Source: Mayamaea pseudoterrestris | Lineage: Eukaryota | DNA: 64,000 nucleotides | Reading direction: 5' to 3' | NCBI GenBank assembly: GCA_027923505.1 | Contig: BROI01000021.1 | Span: 496,001-560,000, forward strand | Shown: positions 23,301-33,695 of the stretch, one piece after another | How positions within the stretch are numbered: position 1 is the first letter of the stretch | How the letters are laid out: each line of letters starts with the position of its first letter | Made by a program: the position numbers and the translations under genes | Notes under the pieces: model-generated | Databases searched by the model: none | Seen by the model: only the letters and a program-made list of their open reading frames with translations | Told to the model about the DNA's origin: nothing

Positions 23301-23433
23301 GGTGCAAGGGCATCAAGATTACTGTTATGCCACTGGAGCGATATTGAAACGGGTCAGGTTGTCGCAGCCGTTTGCCAGCCGTCCTACACGCTTGTTTGTG
23401 CCAAATCTTAATCGCGGAAAACAAACAGCTTAA
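20392..23433 (+). CDS. DUF726/TMCO4-family alpha/beta-hydrolase-like membrane protein
   Basis: GYDARVR, VTGGLAAP, WESELL, WP..L..A.NLID..W, RPVTLIGFSFGARVI, VVAGRLVNCFS..D, GHQDY. Confidence 0.85.
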   Translation: MDKDSSKNLHTEIKESNHVNEESDSNAGAAVALHARFLRYADERQQQQDSDEDGFSSSLNPTQFIEAAVRNMLDEDNHSEDDDSSTAMPHGMFGTRQEESLSPSLRSLQTKRLPAIPDEQDRKRFIGCLAAVLASTYDYEELDLADDELSRAEISAFLTFSADDDVDDDDELDNDNFASEPPLYSSSMREFDALDMEQTRGRTKRQFNSQSNRNKLREARMRCRKRRYEVLSSLLLSSADLLQLEKGQVKAFLPILSKLLVPNNHTWRRSTSNIQIPTTPDDQMIDPLDPIHLYSAAVHSFSNLGSSDFYTHQLDRIEHLRPFLESLTPGSGFRCLAMFLLRHLLTSEEGYDARVRHAIKTLGVLVLVHEMRNDPVDIISSQSDEKNLPVQETGKNRSQTFRLDLVEMATRKFEALEMSVARRLILLSREQEQLSKFRGHERRPERRRKQPATISRMEGPTRDEVVRGLKVGGTALLAGTLFAVTGGLAAPGIAAGMGMLLGGTAVTSAATAVLTSTAAVTTIFGVGGGGLAAYKMHRRTEGLTEFEFQKEVNIISCGSKDDKSFDCNLYTTLAVSGWLRDECDFQRPWGVAPTRPPLSDRMELLERFYTVHCPDKRAKCQKILQSWEGEEKQLWKLLRKRYGTDPDHLFPLGYGPRHRAMLTLEQEELVTELLIALGLIDDLNQSNFIYMSSNERKRENWNGVAKEGMGSSSNFDNICDPGDEQNISYERPNHLNTIWSFVDEFGGELYTVRWESELLTELCDSVNDLALELVTGSTAQVLKHTALATLMSAIAWPYALVSAANLIDGTWTLAVERADLAGKELARSLLFSKAGHRPVTLIGFSFGARVIYACLKQLAIYQTRWEEYHETGSLVETETVADGGVLAYNELREPASIIEDAIVMGLPNHLSLSSWKSCRHVVAGRLVNCFSNKDMILSLMFQFKRLAIKPVCGTCPVNVNGVENIDVSDLVQGHQDYCYATGAILKRVRLSQPFASRPTRLFVPNLNRGKQTA

Positions 23434-23489
23434 CTGAATACAACGACGACTGACCAATGTAAATTAATTCATTATTTAAAGCCGAGTAA

Positions 23490-26400
23490 CTAATTTTTAT
23501 ACGTAGGAGTGAGATTTACCAGAACACCCGAGGAAACCGTCAGTGAATGAATCTTGATTCTCATAATCGGTTCGACACGACTGGTGCACAAACCCAAGAG
23601 ACGGAGTGCTAGTCGATGCGTTAGTGATATAGGCACTTCCCAAACCGGTTGCGCCGTCATATGGTGCATCGCCATTGCCCGATGTTGGATCCATTCGCAA
23701 AGTTCAGCGTCAAGCAGCCCAATAATACCTCGCATTGCAGGTGTTTGCATTTCGTCGCCACCGAGGAACGTATGCAACCGCATGCAGACAATATCCAAAC
23801 CTTCCTTAATGAACTGGGTCACGTCAAAAGATGCAGTGCCTTTTGTTGTCAAATCATCTACAACGCCATCCTTGCCAAGCTCGTACATGCATCGCAGAAA
23901 ACAAGTGCGCACAGCCCATAGATCAATTTGCCAAACCTGGCACAACAAATCAATCTCAGCCAGTGAAAACGACTCCAGAGGAGGACCTGAGTATGCGCAT
24001 GATCGAGTGACCACAGCATCTTGAAGAAATTTTATTCGCAGCGTTCCTTTTTCGACATGATCCGACCCCACTGGGACATACAACGACTGCGAAGTAAAAC
24101 AATCATGCAAAGCGGGAACGCATCCAGAAAGAGCATGGATGTCGTCCGAGACGATCAGCCCACATATGATCGAGAGGTGAGCATCAAGAGCAGTTACATC
24201 CACTCGTTGCGAATTCTTCACGAGATCCTTCAGTATGTGATCCGTTCGAATCGTTGGCCATGCGTCCCAACTAGTACTGGACGAAAAAGCTGATTCAATC
24301 GCCTCCCAACCTTCGTCAGTCCACTGGATATTCCTTAAAAGGTCTAGGTATTGTATGCTTATTAATCCAAACTGATGACACCAAGTGCACATTAAGAGAA
24401 GCGGACCAAAAGTCGCTTCTTCCAACTCACGTACATTTTGAATGCCAAAAAGTTGTGCACGGTAAAGCGGAGAAATTGTAGATTGCCAGACGTCAAGGGC
24501 AACAGCAAATGCCAGCCTCGTCATACCAACAGTTTGAGATAGACGTTTAAGGGTAACCAATGCCTCTTCCATGGCATAGAATTCTTGCGGACTTTTGTGC
24601 CATATCCGTGATAGCAAGCGGGCCCGATGAGCAGCCAAAAGGCTAGTCTGATTGTAGCTCGGGAGGAAGAGTATCAAGACGCCATACCTGTCGTGTGCAA
24701 CTGAGGCGTTCTCGGTCGCGCTTTCTACCGCTGCAACCGCTTTTGGTGAACAAGCGACCTGCAGCTGCATTATTCTTACGACGTCGTCACCAGCCTCAGA
24801 TGTCGCATCGAATGAGAAACTACTGCCAGAACACGCCGCTTCAAGCGAGAGGAACTCATTGTAAGAGGAACTAGCAGACATCAAGTCCAAGGCTAGAAGC
24901 TCATACACTGAGAAAAGCCCATCTTCGTCTATATTTGCAACCGTGATAGGTGCAGCCAGTCGAACATGTATTAGCCTGAAGTGGATTACGATGCAAAGAC
25001 GTATTTTTCGCATTAACATCTCCCAAGCTTGTAATACATCGCAGGCCGTTGCCTTCCCGTAGGTCGTTCGTTCTCTGCGCATCAACACCACCTGGAGCGC
25101 ATTTCGGCATAGCACTGCCAAGGCAAATGCGCGCACAAGATCTTCCGACGTGTAACACAGCTGCAATAATTCATGAAGACAAGTGCCAGCCGCTGTATCA
25201 TCTCGTTCCGTTTGCTGAGCAGCATGGACTTGAAGAAAGCGGTTGAGGGCCGATTTAGGGTTGGAAAATCCACTTGCTCGTAGTTCTTCGTATGACAATG
25301 TAAACACCCACTCGCCAAAACATCTCAAAAGGTATGAAACGTTTTTACAATGCAAAGCTTGAAATATTCTGGGAACGATATTTGCAGCAAAAATGTCGCC
25401 TAACAAGGGCCTGAACACACGGACGAGCAAATTCTGCCGCGCCCGCGTCGAGTCGGTAAATAATATTGCTAACTCTTTATTGCCAGTGCTTTCGAGCTCA
25501 CAGTGAAGGACACACGCCGACGCAAACTCAGAAAATCTAACCTTGCTGAAGATATCAGCGTCACATTGACGCGAGGGTGTAACTTCGTTGGCGACGGAAA
25601 TCCAGACTAAGGCTTCTTTTCCCCAGTGATCTAAATCGTCAAACATTGTCGACTTATGTAGTTGGAATCGAGAGTTTTCAAAAGTTGACAAAACGTCATA
25701 GGCTTCAATAAGCTGGAAAATGAGTAACGGTAGTACTTTAGGAAGCCTATTATCAATAACGTGTCGGATCACCGCCGCCGCGCAAAACGTACTTACCTGC
25801 GCATGGTAACGAATTTTTAGCAAGAGAGCTGTTGCATCTGGATTCATGGTCCGACTTCGCTTTCCTTTGCCGGCTTCGCGAAGTGTTTGGCGACAGCAAT
25901 CAACCGCAAGTTTATGGAAGCCAGATCCCATAATACCTATCTTATTTTCCAAAATTGTAGATTTAGACAATATGTCAAGTGCAGTTGACAGATCAGAAAG
26001 CAATAATATCGCCTTCAGTGACCGAATGACAGCTTCGGTCGTAAGTTTCACACTCTCGGTGGACAGAAGCTGACAAAGATGCTGGAGTTGAAGTGTACTC
26101 GATCGGTGAGACGGTATAACTTGTAATGGAAGTGTCGACGAAAGAAAATTCACGGTCCGCGAGTTTAAACAATCAACTTGTATTTCGTCCATGTAATTAA
26201 ACGGTGTCCCCGGTACTCGCGATCGTAAAAGCTTCGCAAATGTAAGTGTCAATGATGATGCCGCAATGTGGACAGTGTAGGGAATAACCTCTGTGGCGAC
26301 GTCCAAATGGGTACGTTGTATTAGCATGCCATGTGGTATTTGATATATCTCCAAAGTTCGCCGTTGCCTCGAGTGAATTGCCAAGTTCAGACACAGTTCG

Positions 26401-28013
26401 TGACGATGTGATGAGATGACAAATTCCCTGCAACGTTTTGCATGTACCCAGTACAACGCAGCGTCTCGATAACCTTTAAACGTTCTGATAATTTCTTTCG
26501 TAAACAAGTTCAACAATAAAACGCGACCCAGATTGTCGGTTACAGCTGCCAGCATGCCATTGGGTTCGATGGTACACACTTCCACTTTCCGAGGAGCATC
26601 GTGTATCTCCTGGCCGGCAAATAATACAACAGGATTCCTTCTTAAAGATGGGAAGGGACAAAGCGGGACAACTAAGTCCAGGCTCACATCTCTGCTTTCC
26701 TCGTTCGGCGGTGGACACATCCCGATATTGCCCGTACTATTTCTGCGCCCAAACCGAAATACCTTGTAAGTTGCCGCCCCCACCATTCCACCAACCAAGG
26801 CTTTCGTACTTCCAACCAGTGCCCCAAAAAGATCTGCGTCCGGAGCCACAAGTGCACGTAAAGGAACATTCATACCATCACATGAAAATTGGTGTTCCGA
26901 TGAGTAGAATGAAGCTGTCGGTGCTGTGGGATGATTAGAAAAAATAATAGCTTGAAAAATGTCAATGTCGTCATCTTCCTGATCGGGATCAATGGTTTTC
27001 GGGTAATCATTTTCAATAGACCCAATCAGTTTGTCGCCATTATCAGTTTCCTTCATATCGTGCTTTCTTATCTGCTTCCATGGTTTGACCAGTACGTGTG
27101 CCAGCGACGGAAAGGATCGTGGTAATGGAACTATCTTTCGCAGCTCAGATCCCACCATGTGCGGCAGCTGTACCTGACATCGCAAGATGGCCGGAATTCC
27201 CAACAACTCATCCACAGATCTTCCTGTTAGCGCTCCTTTCTGCCAAATGGACGGAAAAAGCGCCGCGCTTTGAATGCGAATCAAGCAACCGTCGCCATAA
27301 ACAATCCATACTAATGTCTTCTTCTCTTGATTGACAAAGGATTCGAGCGAAATAATTCCTCCTGTTGGCTGAAAAGGTGTTTTCCCAATAAGTTTCAATT
27401 GCTCGGCAATTTGAGGCGAATCGGCTGGCAAGACTTCGCAAGGTAGGAGCGGAGTGTCGTCTATCAAAATGCGCGATTCGATCACATCGACGCGAAGTTC
27501 GACCGAGTACAAGCGGCTCGCGTTCGTTCCAATAACGACGGCAATTCGAGAGCAGACGAGCGGTTCGCCAGCCATGGTTCCTTTTAGAAGCGATTTGTGT
27601 GGAGTCGGCAGATCAGCACTGGCAACATATGAATTGGACAATTCAACTTCAATCGGAGAGGTCAGGTTATCCCCGTCATTGAGCAAAAGGTGCTCATCTT
27701 GCAAGGACACAATGGTAACACAAGTAATTTCTTCCTGTTGAGGTTTTGCTTGTTGAAATCTACACATTTCCAATGGCACTCCAGGCTTGTCTCGGCTGTA
27801 TTCCTGCACATAGCAACAGTGAGGCGTAAACGCAAGCATCAGGCAAAAGTCGCCCGAAGCAAAGAATTTAACGGTCGGTGGATCGGGATGTCCAAAATCA
27901 GGTGTGTATGAATCTGATAATAGATTTTCAAGATTTGAGACTGTTTGCAATAGCTGAGTGCAATCATATCGCACGGAATGATATGCCGACGGCGTGAATG
28001 AATGGTCAGACAT
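23490..28013 (-). CDS. RAB3GAP2: Rab3 GTPase-activating protein non-catalytic subunit
   Basis: D..R......P...LAAVTDNLGRVLL......IIR.FKGYRDA, LAIH..RR..LEIY; probable in-frame 84-nt intron at 25713-25796. Confidence 0.8.
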   Translation of the reverse strand: MSDHSFTPSAYHSVRYDCTQLLQTVSNLENLLSDSYTPDFGHPDPPTVKFFASGDFCLMLAFTPHCCYVQEYSRDKPGVPLEMCRFQQAKPQQEEITCVTIVSLQDEHLLLNDGDNLTSPIEVELSNSYVASADLPTPHKSLLKGTMAGEPLVCSRIAVVIGTNASRLYSVELRVDVIESRILIDDTPLLPCEVLPADSPQIAEQLKLIGKTPFQPTGGIISLESFVNQEKKTLVWIVYGDGCLIRIQSAALFPSIWQKGALTGRSVDELLGIPAILRCQVQLPHMVGSELRKIVPLPRSFPSLAHVLVKPWKQIRKHDMKETDNGDKLIGSIENDYPKTIDPDQEDDDIDIFQAIIFSNHPTAPTASFYSSEHQFSCDGMNVPLRALVAPDADLFGALVGSTKALVGGMVGAATYKVFRFGRRNSTGNIGMCPPPNEESRDVSLDLVVPLCPFPSLRRNPVVLFAGQEIHDAPRKVEVCTIEPNGMLAAVTDNLGRVLLLNLFTKEIIRTFKGYRDAALYWVHAKRCREFVISSHRHELCLNLAIHSRQRRTLEIYQIPHGMLIQRTHLDVATEVIPYTVHIAASSLTLTFAKLLRSRVPGTPFNYMDEIQVDCLNSRTVNFLSSTLPLQVIPSHRSSTLQLQHLCQLLSTESVKLTTEAVIRSLKAILLLSDLSTALDILSKSTILENKIGIMGSGFHKLAVDCCRQTLREAGKGKRSRTMNPDATALLLKIRYHAQVSTFCAAAVIRHVIDNRLPKVLPLLIFQLIEAYDVLSTFENSRFQLHKSTMFDDLDHWGKEALVWISVANEVTPSRQCDADIFSKVRFSEFASACVLHCELESTGNKELAILFTDSTRARQNLLVRVFRPLLGDIFAANIVPRIFQALHCKNVSYLLRCFGEWVFTLSYEELRASGFSNPKSALNRFLQVHAAQQTERDDTAAGTCLHELLQLCYTSEDLVRAFALAVLCRNALQVVLMRRERTTYGKATACDVLQAWEMLMRKIRLCIVIHFRLIHVRLAAPITVANIDEDGLFSVYELLALDLMSASSSYNEFLSLEAACSGSSFSFDATSEAGDDVVRIMQLQVACSPKAVAAVESATENASVAHDRYGVLILFLPSYNQTSLLAAHRARLLSRIWHKSPQEFYAMEEALVTLKRLSQTVGMTRLAFAVALDVWQSTISPLYRAQLFGIQNVRELEEATFGPLLLMCTWCHQFGLISIQYLDLLRNIQWTDEGWEAIESAFSSSTSWDAWPTIRTDHILKDLVKNSQRVDVTALDAHLSIICGLIVSDDIHALSGCVPALHDCFTSQSLYVPVGSDHVEKGTLRIKFLQDAVVTRSCAYSGPPLESFSLAEIDLLCQVWQIDLWAVRTCFLRCMYELGKDGVVDDLTTKGTASFDVTQFIKEGLDIVCMRLHTFLGGDEMQTPAMRGIIGLLDAELCEWIQHRAMAMHHMTAQPVWEVPISLTHRLALRLLGLCTSRVEPIMRIKIHSLTVSSGVLVNLTPTYKN

Positions 28014-28354
28014 TTTTGGAGCGTCGCTTTCTGTGATATTTTACAGCGCAAACTGGAAGCATTCAGATGGCAGAGTTTGAGCTATACGAGACCGCACAGG
28101 CGAGTGTTACTCGTCGCTCTTCCGTGGTAGAAGCTGATAACTAGCAAGGCGGCGCCATGGTCGCGTCAGTCGTAAGGTTGCACTTGTTAACGCAGCTCCA
28201 GAGCGTTCGTGGTGTGTCGCTGTGACGATGATTTCACTCCCGCTAATTCTGCGCAAGCTATGGCTTTAGCACTCCCGTACCAGTAGCATGCATGTACAGG
28301 ATGAATCGGTCTTAACACGCGACGTACAGCACTTGCATTATGCAATAACTAGTG

Positions 28355-29470
28355 TCATCTATATCTTGAGTCACTACAAACATCATGTGCCAGACTCATG
28401 AGGCTGACAACGGCGCAGTCGCTTCGTAACACTCGAGTCCCCATTGTTATTTGCTCGAAAGCTCGACTCGTCAATAGTTCCAATTCATCAGGCTCCTTCC
28501 AACCTCCTTCTGGTCCGACGGCAACAAGTATCTTTCGTACGTTATTGTTTGGTAGTTTACATTCTCGCAGTCGTTTGGCTGGCACTGGATCTGTGATGCG
28601 CGTGGGATGCGCCACGACTCGAGCATATTCATCGATAGGAAAAAGGCGGTCCAAATCATGCTCCAAAAATCGACACAGGTTTCTAACAATGGTAAGCTTA
28701 GGCATTCGTACATCTCCGGCTTGTTCTAGGCCTTGCAAAAGCTTATCGGTCATCAAGTGAGGTTGACGGAGCAGCTGCGATCCCCAATAGTCCTTTGGCA
28801 CCTTACTACTCTCGGTAAGTATTACATGATCCACACCCATTTGTGATATCATGGGGAGCATGCGTCCGAGCTGAAGAGGTCGGGGCAACGCTAACATCAA
28901 ACTGACAGGAGGAACAGAAGTGGGTGGTGCTGGTTGCAGATCGTGCAAGTGTATTTTGAGGAGGCCTGGCGGATCTCCATTCCTTGTAGGCTGCGCCTTT
29001 TTGATGGAGCCTTGCGGACACCATTCAATAGTGGCCGAGTCAGTGACCAGCCCGTCATGTTCGTTGCAACTAACTAGGCCAGCTCGTAAAGTGTCGCCGG
29101 ATTGTGCTCCTAGGACCTTGGCAGCATGAAGAGTTCTGTAGTCGTCTTGAGGGAGCGTGATAGTTCGTAGTCTGCTCTCTCTATCCTCTTGTATGTCTTC
29201 CTCCATGCGAAATAGAAACCGATTCAATTTACAAGCAGTGGTTGAATGAAAAGCGGCTGTTCGCCTGCCAGCAAGGATGGTAGCCTTTCGTGGTGGGAGT
29301 AAGATCGAAAATGACATGCAAAATTTGCACATGTTGAGACTGATTAAGACCATCAGAGGTCGGACTTGCATCTTTCGCCTTCCGAGGATCACTCGCCGCG
29401 TCGGTAGCAGCCATAACTCAGAGAGCAAGCTAAAGTGAAAGCAAGCATAGGTCGGCAGTCGGCACGTCAT
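28355..29470 (-). CDS. rsmE: 16S rRNA m3U1498 methyltransferase (SPOUT, RsmE), organelle-targeted
   Basis: LALPRP, MGVD.V, EQAGD, AVGPEGGW..E, MGTRVLRSD.A; N-terminal targeting extension; start may be ATG 29371. Confidence 0.85.
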   Translation of the reverse strand: MTCRLPTYACFHFSLLSELWLLPTRRVILGRRKMQVRPLMVLISLNMCKFCMSFSILLPPRKATILAGRRTAAFHSTTACKLNRFLFRMEEDIQEDRESRLRTITLPQDDYRTLHAAKVLGAQSGDTLRAGLVSCNEHDGLVTDSATIEWCPQGSIKKAQPTRNGDPPGLLKIHLHDLQPAPPTSVPPVSLMLALPRPLQLGRMLPMISQMGVDHVILTESSKVPKDYWGSQLLRQPHLMTDKLLQGLEQAGDVRMPKLTIVRNLCRFLEHDLDRLFPIDEYARVVAHPTRITDPVPAKRLRECKLPNNNVRKILVAVGPEGGWKEPDELELLTSRAFEQITMGTRVLRSDCAVVSLMSLAHDVCSDSRYR

Positions 29471-29674
29471 GGGTCGTCGCGAAGGCCAACCCGCATGTCA
29501 CAGCATGACACAATGGTAACCGGAACGACACTTCAACGTCAGTGAGTGGTTCCGGCGCGCCGCACCATGATGATGCATGCGAGAGACAGACAACAAGAGC
29601 CTCCTGTCGATCAAAGTCCATAACTTTGAATAAATACACCAGCGTCCATCTCTAGAAAGATATTCGTGGCAGCA

Positions 29675-30261
29675 ATGTTATCTGTTGGTGTATTGAGCCG
29701 CAGCGTGATTCGCCAGTCTGCGCAGAAACTTCTCGTTCCATCTAGAACCCATGTGGCTCGCGTTGGATCCACACGCTGGGCAAGCAGCTACTTTACGCCA
29801 GGTGAGTCTCGATAAAGTATGAAGTCGTAAAATTAACTGCTGCAATCATTAACCATTTGTCCTCGCCCGTTCATCACGATACATTTGCCGATTCTCACTT
29901 CGCAGCACACGAGTACGCCAAGGTCGACGGCAAGATTGCAACTTGCGGCATTACAGATTTTGCCCAGGCAGCTCTCGGTGACATTGTCTTTGTTGATTTG
30001 CCCAATGTTGGCGATGAGTTTGCTAGGGGAGACTCCTTTGGCAGCGTCGAGTCGGTTAAGGCTGCGTCCGATGTTTATGCTGCTGTCTCTGGAAAGATTG
30101 TCGAAGTAAATAATGTCTTGACTGACGAGCCTGGTCTTGTTAACAGTGAAGCAGAAAACGCGGCCTGGTTTGTCAAGATGGAAATGTCGGACGAAAGTGA
30201 GCTCTCCGACCTCATGACACCAGAAGCGTACATGGAGCATTGCGACAAGGAGGCTCATTAA
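29675..30261 (+). CDS. gcvH: Glycine cleavage system H protein, mitochondrial, 2 exons
   Basis: Arg/Ser-rich presequence exon 29675-29801, intron 29802-29905; GITDFAQ..LGDIVFVDLP; lipoyl-Lys motif VESVKAASD. Confidence 0.93.
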
Positions 30262-30374
30262 CTGCGCAAAGCAATCATCCCTCTCCGATGATGCGCCAAC
30301 ACACAACACACTTGTCTGAACCTTAACTTATAGGATGTTGGAAAATGTTTACATTTTATGTAACCATTTAAAAG

Positions 30375-32456
30375 CTACTTATTCCATCGGCTCCACTCTA
30401 GACCTTGCCCAAGGACCAATCCATTCTTCGCCTCAGACATTGCTAGCCGCTGCTCGTCTCGTGTCTTGGTTTCTTCCAAAAGGCTTCGTCGTACTTTTAC
30501 CGCATGGCCACGTCGTTGGCACAACAACGGAGGTCTTATGAACGTTTGCTGACACGTCGCACAGTGCCAAGACTTTTCAATCGGGCCTTCCTTTGTCTTA
30601 CTTTTAATTTGCTGCGCCTTTTCCTCCAGCTGATCCAGAGCATTGAGGCGATTTCGACTTCTTGTATATTCCTCCGCCATGGCCTCGGATTCGTACTTGC
30701 TTCTTGTAGCAGCAATCTGTGTCAAATCATGGTCAATGTTAATGTCACCAAAAAGTAGGGCCTCTCGATTGGAGACAATAGACGTTGCTTTCATCGTTGG
30801 CAATCGGTCAGGTATGTTCCTGCCTTGCGACCGCTGAATTTGTTCGGCCATTACTTGCTGTTGCAACAAGATCGCATCCGCCGCTCGTTCCTTAGGTTGT
30901 GCTTTTCTTGCAGCTGGGACTGCAACTTGACCAAGCAAACGAATCTTGGTGAACACCTGGGACGGGTTTGGAACAAGGACTGCCCCATCTCGACGAATGT
31001 TGCCTAAGTTGATTCGCTTAGTGCTGTTGTGATTCGATTTTCGTTTGGTAGACTCAGCCAGATTACTTTTGTCGGAGCCGAGTGTCACTCGACGGTCCTT
31101 TGAGTTGAGCCAGTCGGTTGTCACTGGTGTGTTCATGGTGATGTTGCGTTCGAGCGATGCAGGTGTCGATTTGGGCATGGCTAAAGGCGGTCTCCGCATA
31201 CTGGCAGTGTACGGGTTGTCCAAAAGCAAGGGGGACGGTCGATGGAGTAACTGATCAGTGGACAGTTTAAGCTTAGGAGCCTGCCTCAACGTCGCCTTGG
31301 CCGTCCCACCATGTGATGGACACAGGATCGAATTATTAGATCTTTGTGTCTTGTTGGAAGGTTTCTCACCAGTTGCCTCTCCACACGTATTGCCAACCAA
31401 GTTTAGTTGGCGTGCCTGCTGCTGAGGCGCCAACGATTTGAAGGGGTCAATGTTTGATTGTGGCCGCTGGTGGTTGTTAAAGTTGTGCTTCAATCTCTGA
31501 TGATCAGGCAAAGTCATTATTCTTCCAGAAGCTGTTTGTATGGTTCTGATGCGTTCATTCGTCAGAGGAAACGTTTTGGACTCTGCAACAAGCTTGCCCA
31601 TGGCAAGTGTATTCGCAATCATGTTCGTTGGCGCATTTCCCCTTTTCTGAAGAGCCAGCTTCCTATGTAAAGGACAATAATTTCCCTGACGAGTATCAAC
31701 AATATTTTTGCACTGCTTTGGTAGGTTGAGTGAGTGATCTTTTTGATCACCGGAGTGAGTGGTCCGCTTGTGGCCATAGTCGGCAACCTTGGCGTGACAG
31801 CGTCCAAAATCTCGCGCATCTGCCACGACTTGGCATTGCTCCGTGTTTTGGACGGAGAATAACACTGGTGAAGAAACATTGGATGCTTGCTGTTGTGATC
31901 TGGCTGGCATCAATCGCGGACAAACCAATGCAATGACCTTGCCGGGCGAGCAAATTCGAATACACTCTGAATAGGCCGAACCAAATAGCATGACGCTAAT
32001 GGCTGGTCCGGAGGTGAGAGTGCCCAACGTCAACATGCAGTAGGCGTTTCCGGACGTGCCTGAAATTCTCGTCCCAGTGTTGCTTAATACGATTGAAACC
32101 GTGACGAAGTTTGACGTTCCACATACGGTGGATGTTCGATCGAGAAAGGTGGATGCTGGATCTACCAATAGACGATTCAAGGCTGCAGTACTCATGGCTG
32201 CAATTGATGGCGCCGAGTAATATGGATATGATGCAGTGAGATCAAGCAACTCGGCTCCTGAAATCTTTCGATTAAGCATGCGAATGCCGACCTTGATGTC
32301 CACCGAAGCCGCCGGTGGCGACTTCGGACGAGGATTCAAATTGCGATTGTCGTTGTTGCTATGTGGACAAGCTTTAAAATCATCAATAGCTTCTTCTCCA
32401 TTTTCTTTGGTGTCTAGAGCTGAATCATCTTCAAGAAGTGCCAACAAGTCGTCCAT
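30375..32456 (-). CDS. MCM10: MCM10 replication factor
   Basis: OB fold (G.AYCMLTL..L, SVMLFG.A, GKVIALV.P) followed by CCCH zf-primase-like DFGRC...C..I.D.R...YCPLH; C-terminal CxxC..C...H. Confidence 0.75.
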   Translation of the reverse strand: MDDLLALLEDDSALDTKENGEEAIDDFKACPHSNNDNRNLNPRPKSPPAASVDIKVGIRMLNRKISGAELLDLTASYPYYSAPSIAAMSTAALNRLLVDPASTFLDRTSTVCGTSNFVTVSIVLSNTGTRISGTSGNAYCMLTLGTLTSGPAISVMLFGSAYSECIRICSPGKVIALVCPRLMPARSQQQASNVSSPVLFSVQNTEQCQVVADARDFGRCHAKVADYGHKRTTHSGDQKDHSLNLPKQCKNIVDTRQGNYCPLHRKLALQKRGNAPTNMIANTLAMGKLVAESKTFPLTNERIRTIQTASGRIMTLPDHQRLKHNFNNHQRPQSNIDPFKSLAPQQQARQLNLVGNTCGEATGEKPSNKTQRSNNSILCPSHGGTAKATLRQAPKLKLSTDQLLHRPSPLLLDNPYTASMRRPPLAMPKSTPASLERNITMNTPVTTDWLNSKDRRVTLGSDKSNLAESTKRKSNHNSTKRINLGNIRRDGAVLVPNPSQVFTKIRLLGQVAVPAARKAQPKERAADAILLQQQVMAEQIQRSQGRNIPDRLPTMKATSIVSNREALLFGDINIDHDLTQIAATRSKYESEAMAEEYTRSRNRLNALDQLEEKAQQIKSKTKEGPIEKSWHCATCQQTFIRPPLLCQRRGHAVKVRRSLLEETKTRDEQRLAMSEAKNGLVLGQGLEWSRWNK

Positions 32457-32671
32457 GGTGAGCAAGGTTTGCGGAATGCGCTGCACCGGCCTGCACCACA
32501 GTGAGGATCAACGCGTCGCAGCGGTTCCAAAAAATCTGTCTGACCGGTTATGGGAGTTTCGACGGCGAATTTGACGCAGCGAGGCCACGCGGTCCCCGCG
32601 CCCCAAGGTGAGGCTTCAAATTCACTTGATCGCTCGAAAATAACTTGTATTACTGTACTGTACCAAACATA

Positions 32672-33687
32672 ATGAGACATAAGCATCTTGAATCAGCCCT
32701 TACCTCAATTCAACGAGAGTTTCCTAATCCCGACGTGAGTTTAGCAAGCACGAATCCTCCTACTTCGGGGAAGAAACAAGAAACGGATTCATGCACTGTC
32801 AAGGTCAACGGAATGCTTTTTCCTCCCTCACTCAATATTTTCGCTCGCTACAGATTACACTAGAACAGTATCCAACGAGTCCGTCTTTGGCTGCGTCTGT
32901 CGCATTGACTGCTCAAACACATGGGCACATTGGACCAGGTCGCTCCGTCGTCGATCTTGGGTGCGGCACAGGCATGCTCGCCATGGCGGCTGCACTTTTA
33001 AAGTCTGACCAAGTCATTGCGATTGATTGTGATGCTCGAGCCTTGAATATCGCGAGAGAAAATGCAAACATATTGGACTTGCACGGTGAAACAATTGAAT
33101 TCATTATGGCAAAAGTGAAATCAACCTACACGAAGGAAGCAGTGACATCAGTTAAACAAGGGCATCAGCGACACAGAGGAAAAGGACGGCAATTTGGTCG
33201 GAATGGTAAAGGAAGGTCGCAACAACAATCCACAGCACCCACACTAGAAAGTTTAGCAACCAATCCTTTACCGGCGCTAAATGATTCATTCACTGATGAT
33301 GGGGTACATATGCGGTCAAAGTGCGTCGACACTGTTATATGCAATCCACCCTTCGGCACCAAGAATAATGCTGGCATGGACGTTCGATTCTTGCAAACGG
33401 CGGTTCGCCTTGCACGACTGGCAGTTTACAGCTTTCACAAAACCACCACGCGCGCCTACCTGCAGCGACTTGTGAATGACGAGTGGAATCTGCAATTCAC
33501 CGTCGTGGCGGAAATGCAGTTTGACATTGATAGAATATACAAGTTTCATAAAGACAAGACAAGAGATGTTGCCGTCGATTTGATACGGATAGATATAGCG
33601 GTGCTACCGGTAGATGTGGACGATCAGAGTAGAGGTGACGGAGACGACGATGCTTCCATTGACAAGGACGACGATTACGGTAAATAG
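32672..33687 (+). CDS. METTL5: 18S rRNA N6-adenosine methyltransferase, 2 exons
   Basis: Intron 32735-32853; LEQYPT, DLGCGTGML, NPPFGTK.NAG.D..FL, VYSFHK.TTR, YKFHK. Confidence 0.9.
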
Positions 33688-33695
33688 CACCACAT